64,000 bases of DNA from Octopus sinensis (taxonomy: Eukaryota). The DNA lies in NCBI RefSeq assembly GCF_006345805.1, contig NC_043011.1, forward strand, positions 19,294,464 to 19,358,463. Reading direction: 5' to 3'. Positions 1-13,537 of the stretch are shown piece after piece. Both the position numbers and the translations under genes were made by a program. The notes beneath the pieces are model-generated. The model made no database searches. It saw only the letters and a program-made list of their open reading frames with translations, and had not been told where the DNA came from. The number at the start of each line of letters is the position of its first letter. The first letter of the stretch is position 1.

Positions 1-254
1 CAAACCCTATAACAAAACAAACAGAATCAATACAATACCGAGAAGTGTTTATATTCGCACAACAGAAAAATAAAAACAAGAACAAATAATGCTGCACGCA
101 CCTCAGTAACGCGGTGTTGTAGCAGATGAAGGTGTCAAAATTTTTATCTGAAATTATCAAATGTCAAATGATGATGATGATGATTATAACAATGATTTCA
201 AATGATGATGATGAAAATTTCTGGGGAGAAGCTAAGTCCATTGCTCAAATGTCT

Positions 255-360
255 CTTATTTTAGTGTCAGCGAAATGATGAGAGCCAAAATCGACCTCGC
301 CGGAATTTCAACTCGGAATGTAAAAACGGGCGAAATGCTGTTAATGTCAGTTTGCTCTTA
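255..360 (-). mobile_element. Degenerate fragment of tRNA-derived SINE family B
   Basis: AAATCGACCTCGCCGGAATTTCAACTCGGAATGTAAAAACGGGCGAAATGC matches the family-B copy at 6280-6350. Confidence 0.6.
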
Positions 361-1499
361 AATGCTATTGCTAATTTGAAATCCAGTTCAATGTGCCGCA
401 CACACGAATCATCGGTGACTTATGAACCCAGTTGAGTCAAACATCATCCAACAGTAAATGTCTTCCATTGTTGCAAAGTCGCAACGAAAGTAACCCTGCT
501 AAGGGAGGGAAAGATCTGAAATGAACCCAAATGTATATATTAGAAACAATGTGGTTTGATGCCCAGTGGGAAATGATATTTCTCTTATGGGATGGGTAGG
601 GTGAATTCTTGTTTCTTGTTCGATAATCTTCCTAGTGATTGTGTTCCGATAAAAAGGACTAAATCGAAAAAAATACAGTATCAGACCAAAAACATCATGA
701 CAATTTTGATTAGGTTTGAAACAAATAATGATGTAAATGGGATTGGGGATTGGAAAAAATAACTTTGAATGTCCTTTCCACGGTAATTATTGAAATGGTG
801 AGCTTGATGTCTATTTATAGGCGGGAACGAATTTAGAAAGAAACGGAAAACGGAAGTCAATATGATTGGCATGAATTTTTTTACGGATATGGGATGAAGC
901 AATTATAAATGCCAAAAATGCCTTTCCGAGGTCACCGAAGAAAGGTTATTTGTCCCAGTATATTGTAATTAAATCAAATGACTGAAATTGAAATTGAGGA
1001 GATCAAAAGGAAAATTTTCAATGGCCCAGAAAAGAATTAGTTGAAGAGATTGATGAAAATAGAATTCTTGGAAGTAGTTGCTGAAGAATTACCATTAACT
1101 CAAAAGACAGATGGAACAGAACAACAGTGAGGAAAACACAAGTACCAATGTTCTACGAAGAAAAATAGTTTTAACAGAATTTTCAGTGCAAAAAATATAC
1201 CAGAGGACATTGCGAAATTCCGCCAAATTTCAGATACATAGAGAGGAACCAGGTTACACTTGAAACACGAATAGCAAATGGCTTGAATAATAGATTACCT
1301 ATTGATCCAAGAATATATCCGAGGCAAATGCATTGATACACACTACAGCAAGTATTGTAGCGGAAGCTGTAGAGTTTAAGCAAGGAAATAATAGAAATCA
1401 TAAGGAACACATAATTTGTTTTATGCTCAACAAATTATCTATAGACTTTGATAGAAGCAAGAGGTTGAAAATTATTTACACGATGAAGTGCTTAAAGGA

Positions 1500-3175
1500 A
1501 AGTTCTAATGAGAATCATAACTGGACACAAAGGTGTTGACATGGTGTATAAGAAGTTGAGACAATGGAACATTGGAAAGGCATGATTCTAGTAAAGAATG
1601 GAAAGGACTGAATAGCTGTTATATGGAGAGAAGTAAGATAAATGAAGCAGCGATTCTGAACGCCGAAAGAAAGATAATTTTTAACTGGAATTTCGAATCC
1701 GCCAGTTGAACCTGACAATATCTCAAAATGATTAAAAAGTTGGTAGAGTAAATGGAGGATGTAAGGAAATAGGGATGACTATCTATTGGGAGAGTAAATG
1801 TGAAGGAAATGTCAAATTGGAATAAACAATGGCCAGGTGTTGTTCAAGGATTTTGACTGAAGAGTTTTTGATTTTCACGTGATAGAATCTCAAATATGCT
1901 AAAGACTATACAAGAACAAGGGATTTTGCCACTTTGGATGACTAATGTTTTGTGTGTGTTAAGCATAGCGATAAGGTATGCATAGTTTCTAACTTTGATC
2001 CGATAATTTGTTTCTCCTGAACATGGACGCTTCTCACGGTTATATGTGTGTAATTGCTATACGACTAACTTGAAGACAAAGGAATTTTGGTAGTGGAAAC
2101 AAAGAGGATGCAAGGAGGACACCAAGGATAGTAACGACCAAATATTGAAGTGATAATGGTAAGAAAGAACTGTAAAAGAGAATTGATAAATTTGAGCATA
2201 CATTGCAAATAACTAGAGTAGAACAAATATCAATATCTATGGTGGGGGACAGATAACATTAAAGCACAAAGCTGTGGAAACATAAGAGAATGTAACAGCG
2301 AAGCAGTTGCTAATACACAATCATTGGGAAAGTTAAAATGAAACTAGAAATATTTTAGGGCAACCGTGTCACTGCTTTAATCGTCAAAGATCTTTTAACA
2401 CACTCTGCGATATCACCGAAGGAAAAGGCGACCTGTGCATGGGAAGACGCATTAGAGAGAAGAATCTTGTTATTTACGTGGATGGTTTTAAGCTGTTCGC
2501 GAAAAATGAGAATTTGGATAGTCTAGTAAATAGTATTTGAATATTTCTAAAGATATTTGAATAGAATTTGGATTACCAGACTGCGCAGTATTGATTTACG
2601 TAGAATAAAGTGCATAGAAGCGGTTTGATAGTTAGAAAGAAATTCATAAGACATTAAGGATAATACAGCATCGTGGGCATAGCTTGAGCGAGGGGATTTG
2701 AAGCGAAGCTGCACAAGACGGGCTTTCGCTACCAATCCAGATACCCAGAAATGCAGATTCTGTGCAAAAAGTCCGGAAAATTCGACCCACATACTAATAG
2801 GGTATGAGAGACTTGCACAAAAAGAGTACATTGGCTCGTATGCTGAAAACACCAATATGAAGTTACAGAGAACCGGTATGAGCATGTACCAAGTAAATTA
2901 TGGAGGAGGATAGAAAAGTAACGATACTCCGGGACTGTGATGTTTAGACGGATCGCGTAATCAAAAACCGTCGGCAGATACGTTCATATTTAATGGGAGC
3001 GACAAATACTGTGAGATCATTGATGTAGCCATACCAAATGACATGAATGTTGTGAAAGAAGAAAAAGAAGAAGAAGAAGAAGAAGAAGAAGAAGAAGAAG
3101 AAGAAGAAGAAGAAGAAGAAGAGTATGATGCAGCTATAAAAGTGTGGCAAATTTGGTATAAGAGAAAAATGTAAG
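1500..3175 (+). mobile_element. Degenerate R4/Dong-like non-LTR retrotransposon (RT + CCHC knuckle + restriction-like endonuclease); many stops and frameshifts
   Basis: RT motif remnant NLVIYVDGFKLFAKNE (~2463-2510; cf. HLLYMDDLKLFAK). Knuckle remnant CRFCAKSPENSTHILIGYERLAQKEY (ORF 2698..2913). RLE motif ADTFIFNGSDKYCEIIDVAIPNDMNVVKEEK (~2975-3066). It may extend upstream to ~640. Confidence 0.8.
3067..3120 (+). repeat. (GAA)18 trinucleotide microsatellite inside the RLE coding remnant
   Basis: 54 nt of perfect GAA repeat, in frame after KEEK. Confidence 0.98.
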
Positions 3176-4473
3176 GAAGAATAACTTTTCATTTTAAATT
3201 TGAATAAACATGAACATTTTGGCAATGCAATACTTTCACGATGAATAGTATTTGATATAACCACGTGAAGTTTATGCCCGATAAATCTTAAGTGCCCCTA
3301 CGGACGTTAGAGATAATTATATTACTACTTGGTCTACTCACATTATGTATTCAGTAGGTGCAATCCTAAAGGAGAACTATCGTATATTTATCACATACAG
3401 AGGTGAATGAACCTACGCGCATGAGGTGTTATACTAGGCAAAAACGGTAGAAAATAAATACAACGTTTGTCTGCAATGTTATTGTAAAGAACAATGAGAA
3501 TGGTGATATTATATAAAATATATAATCACTGATATATTAAATAATACATTGTAATAAAATGGTAAAAATCTCCTCCTATGCAAACAAATACAGAAACATC
3601 CAGACTTTCAAGAGGTAAAATATAAACAATTAACTTATTTTGATGTGTGTTGGGAATAATAAAACAAAAGCAGATATAGACACATAAATAATTATTTCTA
3701 TAGACATTAGTTTAAAATCTAGTGTCTATAGATGTAATTATTTATGTGTCTTCTAGGCATAAGCAAGTAATAAAATGACAAATATATAAAAGAAACAGAA
3801 ACCACACAAATATAAGATACGCCTAACCAAACTTAGTTATACAATCAAACCACGCAATTTTAAGATTACTGAAATACAAATAAGTATAATAATATACATA
3901 ATAATAAAATGGGCTATTAATATAGCTAGCGAACAATGGAAAGCTAATTCACATAGCTACGAAACAATCGTTTCTACTTTCAAATAATTCTACAAATACA
4001 AAACAAGCTGATGTAATAAATGATTATGAGAATAACTGACAAACAAAAACAGAATTTGAGAAAATCTTATGACATAAACCTAATAATGGGCAGCAGATTG
4101 TCTCGATAAAGTGGGACAATATTGATTCTTCATGACCAACGCATGATACAACTGAGTAGTTTAGAAATCGATGAAGAAAATCCGCCGCCACACCTGAGAT
4201 CTGAACGGAAGGAATTACGGTAAAGGATTAATACCCTCTCAGATGGAACTACGACAAGTAAGATAGGTAGTAAAATATATAAATGAAATAAATTGTATAT
4301 AGAATTTCAAGGGAATTTGTAGAATTAATTTTCTCTTACTTCACCACATTCGTTCAGTGATAATATGTCTAGGAGGGAAGATTTTTGGTCTTTTATGAAC
4401 TCGAAATTATGTTAGTATGATCAAAATACCAAGAGAAAATTGGCAGCATAAATTTAGTTCAGAAAATGTTACC

Positions 4474-4740
4474 AGGAGTGGCTATGTGGTAAGTAGCTTG
4501 CTCATCAACCACATGGTTCCGGGTTCAGTGCCACTGCGTGGCACCTAGGGCAAGTGTCTTCTAATTTAGCTTCTGGCAAACCAAAGCCTTTTGAGTGGAT
4601 TTGGTAGACGGAAACTGAAAGGAGCCGGTCGAATGTATGTATGTTTGTGTTTGTGTGTATGTGTTTGTCCCCCAAAATAGCTTGACAACCGATGCTGGTG
4701 TGTGGTCACGTCCCCATAACCGCAACAATTTGGACCAAAA
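4474..4740 (+). mobile_element. tRNA-derived SINE family A (5' and central part)
   Basis: Head AGGAGTGGCTATGTGGTAAGTAGCTTGC...GGGTTCAGTGCC (A/B-box-like) plus body matching the copies at 37296-37740 and 53225-53590. Confidence 0.85.
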
Positions 4741-4759
4741 GGTGCGGCAATTTCAGGGT

Positions 4760-5460
4760 CACATACAGTGCGTTATCTGTGGATAGATATGAGCCACGAT
4801 GCTTTGTTTCACGTGCATATTACCAAGATGATGGAAATGTGCAGGTGAATAGCCAGTCGGATTCTGAGAACCATCAATACAAAGGACCAGGAAACCTTTC
4901 TGGTTCTATGGAGGACCATCCTCTCAGCCGTCTGGACTACTGCTCTCGACTATTCAATTAATAGCAGAATGTTAGACAGTTAAGCAGTGATACGCCAGGA
5001 AGTTTGCATCATCGAAACAGCTGAGCTATTGGGAGAGACTTAAAGAGCTACGACTATACTCCCTGGAGCGAAGACGGGAAGGGTAGCAGTGATATATATA
5101 TGGCAGATCCCAGAGGGATTGGCATTGAACTTTGGTATCCAGAGCAATACCAGCCCCCGAATCTCTACTGTTCGAAATGTCTAGAGTGAGGACCATATAT
5201 TACAATAACTTGGGATTCAAGAGCCCACAGCTGTTCAAGGATTTGCCAAAATATCTGAGGCATCTTACTGGAGCAGTAGATGTTTTCCTGAAAGAACTTG
5301 ACCTCTCGCTGTCCAATGTCACAGGGGAACTAATATCGAAAGAGGTAACTCAAAAGAAGGTGGAAATGTTGAACTCACTCCCCGGCCATTGAAAATGAAA
5401 TTACAGTGGCGGTGCTGCAGCATGACTATATCCTTGGGCTAAAACGTAGAAAAGAATAAA
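4760..5460 (+). mobile_element. CR1-group (CR1/L2/Crack-like) LINE, 5'-truncated 3' end
   Basis: Remnants LSRLDYCSRLF, SYWERLKELRLYSLERR-like (~5025-5070) and NNLGFKSPQLFKDLPKYLRHLTGAVDVFLKELD (ORF 5132..5392), typical of this group's C-terminus. Confidence 0.8.
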
Positions 5461-5965
5461 AAAATATAAGAATATACAAATAGGTAAGGTGTGAATTGAC
5501 ATCGTATTTCAATATATAATCAAAAGTTTAATTTGAGAGGAATTTGATGAGGAGCCACTTTTCAAACAGTTTTATACGCATCTTTATAATAAGAAATGCG
5601 AGTAAGAGAAACAATATTCATAAGGTTGTAGATCTGGAAAATTGCAGGACAACATATTACATTTGGTAAAGTACAGAACAATAAATTTTTTACTTAAAAT
5701 ATTGCAGCTAAGGATAAAATTTGAAATAAAGTATTTAGATATAGAAAATAATAGTTTTTATTAAAACTAAAAATTTTATTACAAGTTATTACTTCTATTT
5801 GCTATGACTTGTTATATTAAAAATTAAAAAAACGTAATTAAAATATTTTATCCTCAGCTGCAATATTTTAGGTAAAAACTTTTCTTGTTCTATACTTTAT
5901 CAAAAGTAATAACTTGTCATGAACTTTCCCAAGTATAACTTGTCCTGTACGTTTTCAGATTTATA

Positions 5966-6385
5966 TATTTCTTTGCTACCCACAAGGGGCTAAACACAGA
6001 GGGGACAAAGAAGGAGAGACAAACGGATTAAGTAGATTACATAGACCCCAGTGCGAAACTGGTACTTAATTTATCTATCCCGAAAGGATAAAAGGTAAAG
6101 TTGACCTCGGTGGAATTTGAACTTACAACGTAACGGCAGACGAAATACTTATTTCTTTACTACCCACAAGGGGCTAAACACAGAGAGGACAAACAAGGAC
6201 AGACAAACGGATTAAATCAATTACATTGACCCCAGTGCGTAACTGGTACTTAATTTATCGACCCCGAAAGGATGAAAGGCAAAGTCGACCTCAGCGGAAT
6301 TTGAACTGAGAACGTAGCGACAGACGAAATACCTCTAAGCATTTCGCCCGGCGTGCTAACGTTTCTGCCATCTCGCCGCCTCATA
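5966..6385 (-). mobile_element. tRNA-derived SINE family B: full copy plus a tandem headless copy (184-bp period) within one 14-bp TSD
   Basis: Minus-strand head GGCGGCGAGATGGCAGAAACGTTAGCACG...CAGTTCAAATTCC. CTACCCACAAGGGG repeats at 5976 and 6160. TSD TTTTCAGATTTATA at 5952-5965 and 6386-6399. Confidence 0.88.
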
Positions 6386-7959
6386 TTTTCAGATTTATAA
6401 TCTTAAGAATATTATTTCTCTTGCTCGCATTGTTTCACGCAATTCATGTTTTTTTCCAGGCTATGCTACTATGCTATTATGCAAATGTGAGCTGGTATGG
6501 CATTACAATTCTTTTATTGGTCTCACGTCATCCTTTTACAGTATTATCAGTCAATGAGGGTGAAGTATTTTCCGATCCTGAAAAGAAGGGCCTTCGTTTT
6601 TGGAAGAGTATCTAGTAAAGTAGATGTTTTTCCCAAGGGAGATTTTTCATGATACTGAAGCGCATCACATGAAGCGGTGGTACGATTTTACTGGAAAGTA
6701 AGGGGCATTTCTAATGGGAATATAGGTCAGTGGATTTTGCATGACTGAGGCTAAGAATTTTTTGTTAAATTATAAAAGCTTGGCATAAATGAGTGCAGTT
6801 AATTATTCGCGCAAAGTCTGCGTTTGTGAAAACCATTTTAACATGAAGAGCTAGTGCTTTCAGTTCTTTGTAGGGCAGGCAATTCATTAAGCTATGTTTG
6901 TGTTTTTCAATTCAATATCAATCCCGATTTAATTGATGTATGGTGAATGTTATTCTATACATGACTACTCCATATATATGATTAATGTTATATTTATGCA
7001 TAACGTACCCAGCAGCATATTACCCAACGTTCTCTTTTAATAAATATGGCAGGAAGTGAATTGCAGACGATATAAATTAAATTTATTGGAATTAGAGTGA
7101 CCGCATATGTGTTTCCTTTCCCTGGAAATTCTCCTTATCTTCAGTGGCTACAGTCCATGATTAATTATCTATGGACATGATACCGAGAAAGGTCTTGAGC
7201 AAAAGACGCAGTTTTCAATGCTGGAAAGCAAGAGTATAAACCCACATGCTTTTCAGAATCATTAATATCCAGCTGGGAAATATTTTAGCAATTCTACTTG
7301 TATCGAATATTCAGTATATCAATGTTTACATCCCCGACTGGACAATGACAGCGCAATTCTCGATTTGACATGAAGCGCTATTCTCGATTTGATATGAATA
7401 TATCTGTTCATGAATACTTCAGTTCTTATAGAATGCGTATTTGATCACAGCATATGATGAACTATAATACTTCCAACAGTACGCGTCTCACTATTAGCTT
7501 GTACTTCACTAAAAGTAGCACATAATTTAAACGGTTAACGCATGAATGATTTTCTTTCACTTTCGATTCGAATTAACAGTCAGTTAATGAAACGTTTCTG
7601 CAAGGATTATAATGCATTTCTTGAATATGGTTTTTATATAATTTTAAGGGTGGGAAATTTAAACCTTTTACATGAATTTATTTTGATTGCAGAGGATCTA
7701 TGAATAGAAAAACTATATCAGACAAGCTTTAAACCAAGAAATCGAACAAATTTGAATTTTTTGAAACATTTTAATATTCTGCATGTTATTCGCATTGCTG
7801 TTTTCCTTAAATAACATATATCAAATGAATTATATGAAGTTAAGATTTGTCACGAATTAGGTGCGTGCGGCATGGTCTTGTTTTTCATATAACTAAACCT
7901 AAGTTTGCATTGGTTTCATCCTCTCTCTCTTTACTCCTGCCAATAGGGCCGAAATAATA

Positions 7960-8645
7960 AGATGAAATGTGTGGCAATTAATTGATTCACATTTTAGCTC
8001 ATGGTCAACAAATTTAGAGGTGACGATAGCCGATTGCATCGATCCCAGCGCACAAGTAGTATTTATTCTGACGCCCTCGAAAGAACGCCAAAAAAAAAAA
8101 CTAACTTACATAAAATTTCAACTCAGAATGTGCTATGTCAGTAGACTACACCAAAGCATTTTCTACAAAGTTCTTACGATGCTGCCAACAGGCAGCTCTC
8201 ATGGCATTTAATAATCCTTTATAATATAGGCACGAGGCAAGCAATTTTGCGCTGAGAGGGAAGTCAATTACATTGAATCCCGTTCTCAATGGGACTTATT
8301 CTATTAACGGGGAAAAGGCAAAGTTTACTTTGGTGATATTTGAACTCAGAACGTTTATATGGTCGACGTTCAGCTAAGATATAAGGCGTGCATACGATGC
8401 TTCCAGTTCATCAGCTTTACATTCTATTTAATAAACCTTTGTGCAGTAGGCACAATGTTTGACATTTTGGGGTAGAGTACAGGTCACATAATCACCCACA
8501 GTACTGGAACTGGTATTTATTTTATCGACCCTGAAATGAAGTATAGCAAAGTCTACTTTGGTGGAATTTGAACTCCATAAGTAAAAACGGATAAAACGCC
8601 GCTTAGCATTTTATCCAGCTGCTAACGACTCTGCCTTCTCACCGT
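7960..8645 (-). mobile_element. Cluster of ~3 old, degenerate family-B SINE fragments
   Basis: Recurrent motifs related to CGACCCCGAAAGGATGAAAGGCAAAGTCGACCTCGGCGGAATTTGAACTC at ~8070-8130, 8310-8350 and 8520-8620. Confidence 0.7.
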
Positions 8646-10209
8646 CTACACATGACATTTAATAATGCACAAAGGTTTGAAATAATTATAACCAGTGCAA
8701 TACTTTCTTATGCTCGCTAATTCATAGATTCTTTTTCAAGTTTTAGAAGTTAAGCAAACTTAAGCGGGAAGAAGTATGTTCCCTAGAACATGAGGATTTT
8801 GAAAGTATGAAAATAGAACTGCATATCGAAGAAATTGGCTTTTCTATGGGCAGTTTGAACTTTACCAAACTACATTTGACTTAATGTGGTTTATGATTCA
8901 TTAATGGAATCTCAAAGCATGGACGCGTTAAGCATTGAATATACGTTTTCATCGCGTAAGGAGAGACACACAAATAAGAAAGACGAAAGCAAAGGACCAC
9001 TGATGCGGTCAAAGGAGAGTGACAAAAGAACTCTGGCCGAAATAAGATTAAAATTAATGTAAAAGAAAAATAAATAACGCTGAAGCAAAGTAACACCAAA
9101 TATATAGTGCGTGTGTTTTTATTGGCTAAACTGGCAAAATGACGATTTCTAAATACAACAATATCTGTTTCAAGACACGATTTCACATCACAAATCTTGC
9201 AAAACAAATATATAAACGTAACACGTAAATATGGTTTTTATTTTATTCTGTTGGTTATATGTTCACAGTTACTACAAATTGCATTAAAGATTTTCACATT
9301 CAAATAAAGAAACATTATGTGCTCAGTTAATAAATACAATATAATATTCTATATTTTTCTCACTTCCATATTTCGGCGTGTTTTTTTCTGTTAAGTAGTT
9401 ACAAGGATAGACTAAATTTACCTGAAAAATCTATACTTCAATTTGACATGGAAAAGCATTCATTATCAAGACAATTCTTAACGCCCTAGTTGGTCAGCAA
9501 ATAGGAAGAATTCTCTGTGAGCAAGAGTATCTGAAAACGAAATAGATAAAAGCTATGATGTGTTTGAGTAAACTGTTGATTTATAGGAATTCCGGCTACT
9601 GTCGTCTAGAAGCATGGCTAATATAGATACATAAACAATAATAGATACCTGAGAAAGCCATTTTCTTGGAATAAATGAAGAAATCTGTAAAAATGTATAT
9701 TCAGATTTATTCATCGCTTTTATATTTTAGGTGAAAGTATAGACTTTCAGTGTAATTCGATAAATCCGTTAAACATTTTAACATGCATTATTCTAGAAAT
9801 TGTCATCAATAGAGGACAATAATGTGTTGATTTGAAGAGTCGAGAGATGCAATTAAAGAAATATCTTGTGTACCATACCGTAAGAAAGATGTCATGGCAT
9901 CAATTAATGTCCAACACGGAATGTAGCTTAGAATATTAACAAAGCAGAATGGCAAAACAAAAGCCATTCGGGTTTCTTTCATAAGTTTCAATTTAGTTAA
10001 AGGGATAAAAAACACACAGGAGCCTAATTCTATGCGTTCCGAAATAAATAGAATGTTGTGTAAATTAAAGTATTTTGTAATTGTACGATTAAGCAACAAA
10101 GCGAGTTATTCTTACAATAAAAGTTTTCTCCCAAAACAAATGTCAATACATATAGATATGGAGGTTCTCCTACCAAAATATTTTCGAGTAAATCAAGTTG
10201 CATATATGT

Positions 10210-10570
10210 TAGTTAGTTAATTAATTTGGCTCAAAAGCAAATAGCAAGGCCATGTAGGGGGACATGGAGTTAAGTACAGGGTGGTGTTCATGTAAAGAGT
10301 TCATGCCACTTGTGGTCCAGGGAGGCTTTGAACAAAGCGGTCGTCGGCATCTTCACCATCTCGTCTGGCAGCTTGTTCCACGGATCCGCAACCCGGACGG
10401 AGAAAGCTCCTCTCCTTCGATTGAGATGAAATCGTCGCAGGTAGAGCTTTTCGGAATGACCCCGCAGCCGACGCTCTGGAGCAGGAGTGAAGAACAGCAC
10501 TTTCGAGAGGTTACACTTTCCGCTTATGATGTTGTGGGCGAGAATGAGATCACCACGGCGGCGGCGTGAA
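10210..10570 (-). mobile_element. CR1 LINE 3' end with 3' stem-loop and (TAAC)n-like tail
   Basis: ORF 10288..10647 contains RRRRGDLILAHNII...RRLRGHSEKL...AFSVRVADPWNKLPDEMV...FKASLD (CR1 C-terminus). Stem-loop CCATGT-CCCCCT-ACATGG at 10249-10266. Confidence 0.88.
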
Positions 10571-11139
10571 CGAGGTCTAATCCAAATGTTTGGACAATTT
10601 TTAGGAGAAGCTGTTATAACTCCCCTAAATGATTGCAATTTTATCACGAAGATTTTGGCAAAATTTAATTTGCTAAAATTTAATTTGCTAAAGATTTAAT
10701 TTTCTGAAATTTCTCTGTCAGGGTCGATGTAACGATTACATGCTACATACATTCCTTCCAAGCATTGCAGTAAACACCGGAATTATAACCTATATGGAAA
10801 TCTCTTTATTTAGTTATGCATCTTGCATTTCCAGATATTCAGATAGTAGACTAATTTAATATATAAGAGAAAGTTCATAAGGCCTTCTCTAAACATATTA
10901 TTATGGTGGTCGTGATAGAACCATTCCACAATGAAATTATAAATTAATTAAATTATTATCTGAGTAAGGGTACATAGTAAATATTAAATTAAAACAAGGA
11001 TTATTATCCTCATTACAAGTGGATAATTATAAGATATCAAAAATATGGGATAGAAAGTAAAGGATAATTAAATTAGAGGTATGCCAAATGTATAATACAG
11101 TATATGCAGAAGTAATACCTAAACTGATTGGGCAGATAT

Positions 11140-11480
11140 AAAGCCGAATTGAGCTGAAGTTCAGTAACTGGCCCCTATGGTTTCTTCGGTATTCTTCTGA
11201 AGTCATGTATGTAAGCTTTAGTGAAATTACATTATATAATTTTCTAGAGGCTTTTGCAGGTTGAAAACTTCCTAAAAAGATAAAAGAAGGCATTGTTCAT
11301 TCTATCCACAACGATGCGTGCAAAGCGGATACTAAAAACTACAGGTCAATATCTTTAATTTCACATATAAGTAAAATCATGAAACGAATCATAAAGAAAG
11401 ACATTGATATTGTTCCTAAAAGTAAATGTCTTACTGAACGATACGCAGCATGGCTTATTTTCCAGGAAGAAGCTGCCTCA
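11140..11480 (+). mobile_element. CR1-group LINE RT N-terminal fragment
   Basis: ...KADTKNYRSISLISHISKIMKRIIK (~11320-11398), matching the NYRPISLTSHISKVMER motif also seen at 55570-55630. Confidence 0.75.
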
Positions 11481-11810
11481 CACAGCGAAATCGTACGCGG
11501 AATCGTTCGTACCAACGGAAGTTAAGAGAAGCAATGATTTGTTTCCAATGTTTGCATAATGAGTTTGAATTTTTTAATTAAGATTTCAAAAACCAACCAA
11601 TTCTTCCATTTATTTCTATATGCAAGTGAATATAATAATAAGGTACGTCGAATTATTTTTCTTACTTTTTGGGGGCTAATCAGTTTTAAGATTTGTCTGT
11701 CTTTACATTTGTAATGTTTTCTTGCCAGAACACATAATTACACAATAACAAATCCAAGAACACTTGTAAATAATATATTCTTTTTAAAAGCTAATGCAAA
11801 GTAATCCTTC

Positions 11811-11839
11811 CCTTCTCTCTCTCTCTCTCCCTCTCTCTC

Positions 11840-11874
<35 letters not shown>

Positions 11875-11925
11875 ATTTATCTTTTGCTTCCTCGCTCTCT
11901 CTCCCTTTCTCTCTCTCTCTCTCTG
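11811..11925. repeat. (CT)n microsatellite
   Basis: Direct inspection. Confidence 0.95.
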
Positions 11926-13537
11926 ACTTTCGGTTTAAGAAGACAAAGTAAAAAGAGAATAAGTTTAGTCTCACTTAATCCACTCTCTTATTTCTTTCCC
12001 ATGACTCACATTAATTTTAATGAACAACCATCCCATCAATTAACTGTATTTAATGATTATATTTGAAAAATCACAGGCGGTTAACTTCTTAACCGTAAAA
12101 CTTAGCTTCTGTTAACTCTAACTCTAATTTTAGAAATATCTCTCTACCAGTAAAAATATCTTAAGTACTAGTGACTTGCTTGTTAAGATTTCCAGATCAA
12201 ATCCTAAACAGTATTTTAAACATACATCATCATCGATGTCTTCGTCATCTTCGTATTCATCATTATCATTAGCATCAAGTTGTTTACATTTGAACTATCC
12301 AACCTCTCGAGATGTCACTTCTATAATTATTCCGATCCAGCGTGACAGAGCACCGCTACAGTGCAAGTGTACCAGTGTATTTGTTTTAGCACAGCTACTA
12401 GGTTATGCTCCTTGTAATACGCACAGCATTATCCTGGATTTGATCAATAAGGCAAACAAAAGGACACGATAGCACACCCCGCTACCGTTTGTCGAATATG
12501 TTTAGCCATAACAGTATAGAAGATATAAATATGTACACATATCCACGATAGTTAAAGTATTGGTTTCGTATTAGTTCTATGATGATATTAATTCAAAATT
12601 CCTTTTATATTATTCAACTATAATGGACTGACATTTGCAATTTGCTTCAGTATGAAAGATTTCAACGGAACATTATTAATAATATAAATATATGATATGG
12701 TATAGGTTACATTATATTATGAGTTAAAACACAGCACTTGAATATCTAGAAATGCAAGATATATAAATAAATAAAGATTATCTTCGCTATACATAAGCAA
12801 GTATTATATTCTACTATAGGATATTGGTAAAATAAACAGCTTCCACCATATATATATATAATGCAAATAAGTAACATGTATGCCCAGGTATCAATGCATT
12901 ACGGCCGTTTCAAGCGCCTCCATTTAATCGATCAATGAAAGCATTACATCAATTTGAAAGAAAGCGCTCTCCTCGGACCCAGCTGACCAGATAGATTTCC
13001 AACATAAAGGATAAACCATGGTTAGCATTTATAGTAAATTTAAATCGTTACTAGAAACCAAAATAATTACATCGTTTCATTATGTTATATTTGTGACAGA
13101 ATGAATACAGAGAATAATGCATATCTATTCAGGCCTACTATAATTTAGAGAGTAGCAGAGGAAAATAGCGGGCATCAAGATTTAAGAGCGGTGAGACAGT
13201 TATTTATTTTTATTTATAATTATAAGGTTTTATGGAGCATATAGTCTACACCAGTTAGTATTAAAGCCGTTGGGATTTATCTGCTATGTTTCAATTAATT
13301 AATGTCAGAAAGTATGAACAATTTAAACTACAAAATGATAATAACAGTTAAGATATTCTTATATAATTTTCTTTACAGAATTTGTAAAATAAAATACATC
13401 ATTGCCGATGATATAAAAGGTATAAAGGAGATTTTAAAAAAGATATAAATAATGATAAATCGAGGTAAGTATGACGAATGATAATCAAAGAATAAATAAA
13501 TTATAATAAAGATACCTTTGGAAATTGGTGTTTAAAA

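Noticed and set aside
123-160. CAGATGA-AGGT..ATCT-GAAA hammerhead-like motif
   Set aside because: Mutated core, and no stem I or stem III partner.
7351-7398. 24-bp direct tandem duplication (GCGCWATTCTCGATTTGAYATGAA x2)
   Set aside because: Only two units with no spacer, so not CRISPR-like; an ordinary slippage duplication.
12176-12472. Ser-rich plus-strand ORF / acidic minus-strand mini-exon
   Set aside because: Driven by a degenerate (TCA)n tract; weak splice context and no recognisable domain.
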